Source: Octopus sinensis (lineage: Eukaryota). From it: a stretch of 64,000 bases of DNA. The stretch lies in contig NC_043012.1 of NCBI RefSeq assembly GCF_006345805.1, forward strand, positions 19,034,001-19,098,000. The letters are read 5' to 3'. The position numbers and the translations under genes were made by a program. Shown one piece after another: positions 56,045-64,000 of the stretch. Every line of letters starts with the position of its first letter. The stretch's first letter is position 1. The notes under the pieces were generated by a model. The model had not been told where the DNA came from and did not search any database. It was given only the letters and a program-made list of their open reading frames with translations.

Positions 56045-58634
56045 CGCATATCTACAAACGCATATACGGTTGCTAAGTAACATTTTAGACTTTCATTGTT
56101 ATTATTGTCTCATTGTCGTCACCATTTTGGCCATTAACATCCACTTCGCTAATAAATACTGATACATTTACTGTCGGCATCCTCTCGGGTTGATCGATGC
56201 TTTAATTTACTTTTATTTTTGTTTAACTTTTGACCCCATCGTATTATCCTGTCTTCTCAGCAATATCTCAACAGATTATGAATGGCTGTGCTTATGTACT
56301 AGATAATTTGTTAGTACTATCTGCTTCCTTACCTGAAGCATATAAGAAATGAAGCATTAGCTATATTGGGAGGGACGTACAAGAACTTGCAATGAAACGT
56401 CCTGCAATATAGACCCTATGCTACAGAGTAGAAATGGAATCGATATCCGTTAATCTTATCTCTGATTTATGAATTGTAAGATCAGTTAGAACACAATGAT
56501 AAATTGTCTGCTCAATCGTGGTTCAGGACCTAAAACTATAAACCAAAATTGATATATCATTTCTATACCGCAATTTATTAAGATCCTGCAATTGTCATGA
56601 AAGAATTTCGGTTTAATAAACGTATATTTAACTTGTTTTAATTTATAGGTTTGATTGAATGTATTCAAGTTAGATTTGATATAATACATAGGTAACTGGT
56701 ATTAATATTTAGGCAAATGTATGTTGCTTGCATGATCAGTATACCCTAGTCTTTGATTATGCTAAATATTAAAATAAATGTAACAGCATAAATTCAAAAA
56801 TGCATGCATCCAGATAGAAAGCCCATTTTGGTGCTTCTCTTGCAGACATCTCGATTAATATCTTTTGGCTTTAACGAATTAGTTTGCTACATTTCTGCTT
56901 GATTCAATATTATATTATTTATGGCATTAATGCAAGGATATGGTGATGTCAAACTTCACATAAACCGTATCAACACGGAGAATGTTGTAAATAACTTTGT
57001 GTACGAAAACTCGATCAGATTCTCATTCTTCTAACACACCTGTCTAATTTAAAGTGATAGTTAAGCCTTAGGCACCATATTTAGAATAGACGCAAGCTCG
57101 AAGAGATTGCAATAACGATTGAGTATTAACAATTTCTTGCAGAAAATCAATAATACTGCTGTAGTCTTAAAATTAGTGAAAATATGTTCGATTCAGAAGA
57201 AATATGTTAGCTTGGAAGTGGAATTGTGTTTGGTCATGCTTGAATTTGTTCCTTTAGTTCCCACTTAAACACAAAATAATAATTTGAAATAATTTACCGC
57301 TTTGTAGTTCTTAGAAGGAACAGCATGACTCTTGTCAGCAATGTAGACCTACTTACTTGAAGATATATATGCCTAATATGCCATTCTAATTTGTTGCTAG
57401 TAGCTAATGAATGCAAATGAAGATGAAGTGAGAACAGTATAAAGTAACACCTCACACGATTTTCAGCACAAATCTTTTCGAATATTGCTTTTCAATAAAT
57501 ATTCTTCGGAGCTGCTTTGAGCATGAGAACTTTTTTCTTAAGTATAGTAGACGAATCACGGGGACCTTAATAATTGAAATTACTTCAGCGCACATAAAAA
57601 AATGTTCTATATCCAGCTGTATTAAATACAGAAAACATCCAACTTGTATTAAATATGAAATCATTTTAGGTAATATTATTGCCGTGGTGACATAGCATGA
57701 GTAAAGAAATAGCAGAGAGTTAGTTAACATACAAGAAGTTCACGTATTAGAGCTTATATTCACAGACGTATATATGTGTATATGTGTGTACTTACATATC
57801 TACAAAAAGATTTCTTGATGTGTTAAACACATGAATGAATTGATTGATTTATTGATTTAAAGCAATCAGACTCGTCTGTTGTTCTTTTCTCCTTTTTTAC
57901 TAAAGTTAGTTCGAAATCTTCGGCCATGATGGAGCATCGCCATTATGAATAATAATAGTTCAGCTCTTGTAAGATTTTGTCTGCAATAACGGCTGTAATC
58001 ATTATATTTTGTCGGTTTGATGGTGTGCAACAGTACAATGAAAAAACAGTAGCTAATAATGCAGGAATTTGCTGACTTGTCAAAAGAAAAACAAATACAC
58101 CAATAAACATGTATGTTTAAGTTCATGTGCTACATAGATGCTTCGAAACATAAAATGGAAGAAACACGACAATAAATAAGTACCACTTGTAAAGATTAAA
58201 ACAGGAATGCGTTAGTGTAAATCGGTGCATACTTTTTTGTAGGTTAGAGAGGAAAACAATTTATTTCATACGAGGGTTGAGGTCGGCGACAGAAGCACTT
58301 ATATAGTTGCTGTACCTATACAAGTTGGAACATTTCTAGAACATTGAATATATTGAGAGAACAGGGTGCGAATGCATACACGATTATAGATACGATTAAA
58401 GCTAGCAAGGTTCTCTGTAAATTACTTCTTGTATGGATAAATTCTCTTTCAAGTTATTGCTCTCTACAATGTCAGAATTAATATTACCAAAAGGCTTACA
58501 AAGTAGGCAATAAAAATATATTTGCCATATATTTATGTATAAAACAAACTCATATTTACAAAAAAATAATATAAATACATATCTGTATAAGTGTGTGGGT
58601 GTGTATGTGTGTATACAGAAGAATATATCTAATA

Positions 58635-58727
<93 letters not shown>

Positions 58728-58743
58728 CGTTTAAATTTAACTT

Positions 58744-59066
58744 GTTTTCATCATTAGACTGTGGCCATGCTGGAGTAACACTTTTTAGTATTTTTGTCGA
58801 CCAAATCGACACCAACACTTCTTTATTATTTAAAAGCCATGTACTTACTCTAAATGGCTCCTCAGCCGAACCTCTGTCAAGCAGAGATCGGCTCAGACAT
58901 ATATATTACATACGACAGGCTTCTTTCAGTTTCCGTCTACCAAATAAAATCACAAAGATTTGTTCAGCTCAATGTTATAGCAGAAAATCACTTGCCGAAT
59001 TAGACACGTTGTGGCACTGAACTTGTGGGTTTGTGGATTGGAAGCAATCTTCTTACCCAAAGGCAC
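58744..59066 (-). mobile_element. SINE family A, diverged
   Basis: GTTTTCATCATTAGACTGTGGCCATGCTGGAG...CAAATCGAC...GTTTCCGTCTACCAAAT...CACTTGCC...GTGGCACTGAAC. Confidence 0.75.
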
Positions 59067-59397
59067 GTATAAGTCTATGTATGTATATATGTATGTATAA
59101 ATATATGTATGTCATTATTCAGTGCTATTTCAAGATTTTCCCTAGATCATTGGAATTTCAACAACATCGACATGTATGTCTACATGCAGATTTTTATGTT
59201 TTATTTTTGTATGACTTCTGATGCATACAGTTGCATGTCTAGATATACAACTATATGCATATATAATTAAATTATAAATGTCTGGAAAGTGTTACAGACT
59301 TATACAGTTCCACATGTGACAGTAACTGTTCGACGTAACCCCACATGTCAGCAATGCGCGGACACAGGACGAGGGCTTGCAGTAAGGCTTCGTCACT

Positions 59398-59416
59398 AAT
59401 AATAATAATAATAATG

Positions 59417-59505
<89 letters not shown>
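59398..59505. repeat. (AAT)n microsatellite
   Basis: Direct inspection. Confidence 0.95.
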
Positions 59506-59839
59506 TCATTTCTTTGCCACAAGGGCGAAGGATGGGAGGAAAGCCGATAGACATAAATTGAGGCTGTTTGCGTATAATGATAAAATGATTTTTTAAAACC
59601 ATAAGTATACACGGCATACACCGGAAAAGAAGGGACATTTGCATAGCATACCAATATAAAAAATAAATAGTAATAAAATAATGACAAAAATAAAAACAAT
59701 TTTAGTAATAACAATAAAAATAACAATTATAGTTATTATTAATGTTATTATTTTGAATTATGTATGTTTGTTACACGTTACAAGGCTTCAAATCATACTA
59801 AACCTCACTTCTTCTTCTTGTTTCGATGTTTTGCTGTTA

Positions 59840-59869
59840 TTTTTGTTGTTGTTGTTGTTGTTATCATTA

Positions 59870-59924
<55 letters not shown>

Positions 59925-59960
59925 CATCATCATCATCATCATCATCATCATTATTATTAT
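59840..59960. repeat. Compound (GTT)/(ATT)/(ATC)n array
   Basis: Direct inspection. Confidence 0.95.
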
Positions 59961-61887
59961 TTCCCTCTTTCGAGTGTAGTGATAACGATCAATGCACATG
60001 AAGTGACAATATATCACAGTTGATTCAATTTGAGGTGATTCCGTCTCTGCAAATGATATCAGTTTACGTCGTAACAACAAGCAAAGAATGAAGTACTGAA
60101 CAGACGGTGGAACAAGATGCACAAATTGATTCACCTTCCTCATTTACGTCATGAGCTGAAATCTCAAAGGGTTTTTATTTTCTCTTTCATCTCTAAAGGC
60201 CTAGTGGCACATCAAATCCAATTTATTTTAAGGTTTTATACTTCGCGTAAGATGAATTTTCGTTTCAGCCCTCTCAGCATTCGCGAAGAGATATAAAAAA
60301 AAATAAATAACAGTATGAACATAACGGATAGCATCTAGTCGATACTATCCTTCATGTCTTAGAAAACTGGAATTATTATCATTGTCATCTCCTACATTAA
60401 TAAAATTAATGCCATTAACATCTGCAGCAATTATCAGTACATTACATTTCACAGGAGCCCAACAATTATCAGAAGCTGTTTTCTGCCTATTCTCACCCCA
60501 GGCACTGACCCTCACATTAATTATGCTTCTAAACTTTCTCTGAATTCTATCTCATATCTCTTCATTTCCTTTTGATTTTCTATAAAATTTCTACTCCCAT
60601 TAATTTCCCGTATCATAACATGTCCTCTTAAAGATGGTCACTCTTATTTCCTATAAACCGTTCCTACACCTAGTCGCTGAAAAGCTGGCTACATGTTAAA
60701 ATGTCATCTCATGTCTACAAGTTTACGAAGTTTAAGCTTCCTTGAATACTGTATCTAAATGGGTTCATACCTTTTGATATATACGGATAAATATCAGTAG
60801 CGTTTCGTTCCTCTGAACATATATTTCATCGGAAGTTACATATAATACACTAAGTACGGACTGGTTTCTTCAAAAGTGACTACTTTCTGCTTCGTGTGTC
60901 CAAGATAAGAAAAAAACATTATTTAGCTTGGTTTTATCAACATAAAACCCAGCTAAGGCACCGGGTCTTATTTTTTCGGTCAATTTAAATTCAGAAGATA
61001 GTGTTTGTTTTAAGGCATAAGAAAAATCGAAATCAAATGAAAGCCTGCACGTGTTTTCAAAGTAATCTAATTGGAGGACTAATTGATTTATTGCATTTAT
61101 TAGGAAGTAAAACGATTAGTATTTCTTGTCTACAGGGAACGGAATTTCTTTCGCAACTATATGCTCGAAATAATCCGTGCAAACATATGCATTCCTTACA
61201 TAACATCTACTATATCTACACTGTGGCAGTGTTCCTTCCATGGTGCAGCCAAGTTCAATTAGTATAGGATCCGTATGTGAAGCAGTTTTACAGTTGCGCT
61301 GTGAAGACTTTTGATGTGACTGTAATGTGTTTTTTGCACGTACAGAGGAGGTACATCTCTTTATATACAACATACTATTAGCGAATTATTTGCAAAGCAT
61401 TAATTTACTTAATGTAGCAGAACAATAAATTCGAAAGACATAACCTCTGAACTGACACACAGCTAATTTCGCATATTTTTTCTACCAATAATGGGAATGT
61501 ACACAATGCATGTTACATAATTTCAGTGTCGCATTTAGTGTGCATAGATATTTTAAAGTTTTAACTTCAGTACAATTCTCTTAAGCGTCGTTGGTGTATC
61601 AGGCAGTTAAATTACTTCATAACAAATCTGTAAATCATGCCAATAGATAGGGGACGTACAAAATCGTTTAAGACAACGAATTGAACAGTTCTTCACTCTA
61701 CAGGTAAATCCTGAGTTCACTCCCCTAGATTTCATAATCTAGGCATCATAAAGCCATAATTCTATATCTTCAAAAATTATTTATTTAAGCATTATTCTGA
61801 TCAAATTGCAATCCAAGACGTGTTTCTGCTGGATGATTGTCCTAGTGTTCTTTAATATCCCAGTTATGTGCATTTAGCGTATGTGTA

Positions 61888-61934
<47 letters not shown>

Positions 61935-62299
61935 GTGTGTGTGTGTGTATGTGTGTGTGTGTGTTGTATGTATATGTATACGTATTTTTATATTCACTTT
62001 GGAATACACGGAAATACGATGAATGTAGTCTACGTATTTAGCCTATATATCTTTATGTTATAGGATTCTGCAGAATTACTTAGCCATCAGTTGTCCAGAA
62101 TTTTTAGCGATAGCGTTTGTTCTAATTAATTTTATTAAATATTTCTCCATAAAATAGCCTATGCCTTCGCTATTCATTGTCATAATAATTATCAGGGTCG
62201 TAATACAGATACCAACAAGTATAATAAAACATAACGACAAGAACAGCACATAGAAGAACTAAATGTTGTGTATGATATTGTTCACCGTGCTAATGGTTC

Positions 62300-62790
62300 T
62301 GGCAACTAATCACCTTAATGGAATAGAGGCTATTTGAAACGTATGGCCTGGGGGGTACACGGAAATGATACAAACATGGAAATGTGCCATCGAGAACAAA
62401 GAACATAACATACTGTCCGATTTTACAATTCAATGTGACTCCCTAATTGATGCTCGAAGACTAAATACTGTTGTGGTAGATGAAGGATAAAGGAAACCAA
62501 GGTCATATATATTGCTATACCTGGGTATGCACGAGTAGATGATAATGAACTGGAAATGATGAAGAAATACAAGCTACTAAAACATGAAATTGCAAGAATG
62601 TGAACTACGAGGAGAGTGTCTGTCATTCCAGTAGCTGAGGAGGCGCTCGGAGCACTGACAACCAAGTTCAAGAAATATATCAGAGAAAACGAGATTGACA
62701 TGGAAGCAGGGCGATCACAAAACACTGCTCTGCTGGGGACAACTACGATTTTGAAATTGGTAATGGGACGTGTAATGTCTTCCACGGTAA
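62300..62790 (+). mobile_element. Decayed RLE-type non-LTR retrotransposon 3' end (R4/Dong-like), restriction-like endonuclease
   Basis: DFTIQCDSLIDARRLNTVVVDE...AIPGYARVDDNELEMMKKYKLLKHEIARM*...VSVIPVAEEALGAL...QNTALLGTTTILKLVM is a decayed PD..D..P...EK..KY..L RLE motif followed by the typical VIPV..GALG...QK.ALLGT..ILR.VL terminus. Confidence 0.85.
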
Positions 62791-64000
62791 TTAAGAACCA
62801 AGTATCAAAGCTTATAATGTGCTGATGTCTGCTGTCACTGGATAAATCAGTGCAAAAAAAGACCGAGTGCTCTGAGAAAGAACAACAACAGCAACAACAC
62901 CAATGATAATTTCTTCTATATGCAAAAGTTTTCAAATAACATATCTTCAAAAATCATTTCACTTGCGTTACGATAACATCATGAATATAGTCATTCCCTG
63001 AAAAATAGTGCCACAACAATTGTGCATCTTCGATTCTACGATAAACAATTAACAGCATAAGATAGAATTGACTATAAATCAACAAAATTTTAGTTAGAGA
63101 GCATAATAACAAAAGCTGTGAACAAAAAAACAAGAAATCATTTCAATAACAAGTTCATCGACAAACTAAAACATTTACTGACGCTACGTGAAACAGAGGA
63201 ACTCTAGAAATAATAAGCTGTCGGAAACGTTGTCCGAGTAGAAATCTTAGCAGTTAACGACAAGCTGGAAATTTTAATATAATCATTTTCATTTGAATAG
63301 TTAAAGACACAAACAATTGTAATGACAGTGTCCCTTAAACCTCGTCCCTTTCATACAAAACATCAATAATTACAGAAATAAAGTGAGATACATGTAGAAC
63401 CTCAGTCGGACGCCTCCTATGTACTGTCACAAAAGTGGCTTCCGCTGTGAGTGTCCCCAATTTTTTACAGATCAAGTATAGAGTTTTATTCTACTACACT
63501 TGACAAAATTCCTCTTTCTATCAGATCTTTACTCATTTCGTACCCATACAATGAGACTTGATTCAACATCATTGTATTTTATTTCATTGTTTGTAGTGGT
63601 TCATGTATTATGTTAAAATATAGGTGTGGCATTCTTGGTTTTTAGCAAATGTTCTGGTTTACTCTCCATTTTAAATACCGGAGATGCATTACAGTTGTTT
63701 TAATACTTTTCATTGGTGACAATCTCCCAGCGCGTCAAGCACAACCGCTTATCTCTCATATTCGAGGCCTAATGAAAGCCCACATTTTAGGATGCGAAAA
63801 TTCGAATGCTTGTACGCTGTAAATTCTTAGAAATGCTCAGGACTCAGCAGTCTGGTTTACTGTATTTTTGCCAGACTACATTTCTGCATGCATTGAGCCA
63901 TGTCCAGTTTCACCGTTGGAATACAAATTTTAAAAAAATATTTCCGTTTACTTTTTGACACAATGTGCGTGTGCAAATATATATTTCTTTTCATGCTGTA

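Noticed and set aside
56361-56453. Thrombospondin-1-like RTRTCNETSC
   Set aside because: The WSxW/CSxTC half is absent, the acceptor is weak, and the frame ends in a stop shortly after.

Overview
This is a eukaryotic, AT-rich, largely non-coding window dense in microsatellites. The SINE families and repeat landscape look like a coleoid cephalopod, probably Octopus; this is inferred from recalled repeat motifs, not from a database search. Almost all ORFs in the supplied track are artefacts of simple repeats (IYIY, CVCV, HTHT, poly-L/I/Y).

The recognisable protein-coding remnants are all decayed retroelements: three Penelope-like (PLE) fragments covering RT and/or GIY-YIG, two R4/Dong-type RLE non-LTR fragments, an RTE-clade 3' fragment and a CR1/L2-like 3' end. 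At least three tRNA-derived SINE families are present. No host gene could be identified with confidence. Scattered short AG...GT-bounded open segments could be small exons of a long-intron plus-strand gene, but competing minus-strand candidates exist and chance matches are expected.

The most interesting structures are: (1) two copies of a composite element with a tRNA-like Pol III head, an (AAT)n linker and a PLE-type tail carrying a hammerhead-ribozyme core, flanked by an inverted copy of that tail; (2) a perfect 143-bp inverted repeat; (3) a nine-copy constant-core / variable-(CA)n minisatellite; (4) a near-identical ~0.7-kb tandem duplication; (5) candidate recursive-splice AG|GT sites.
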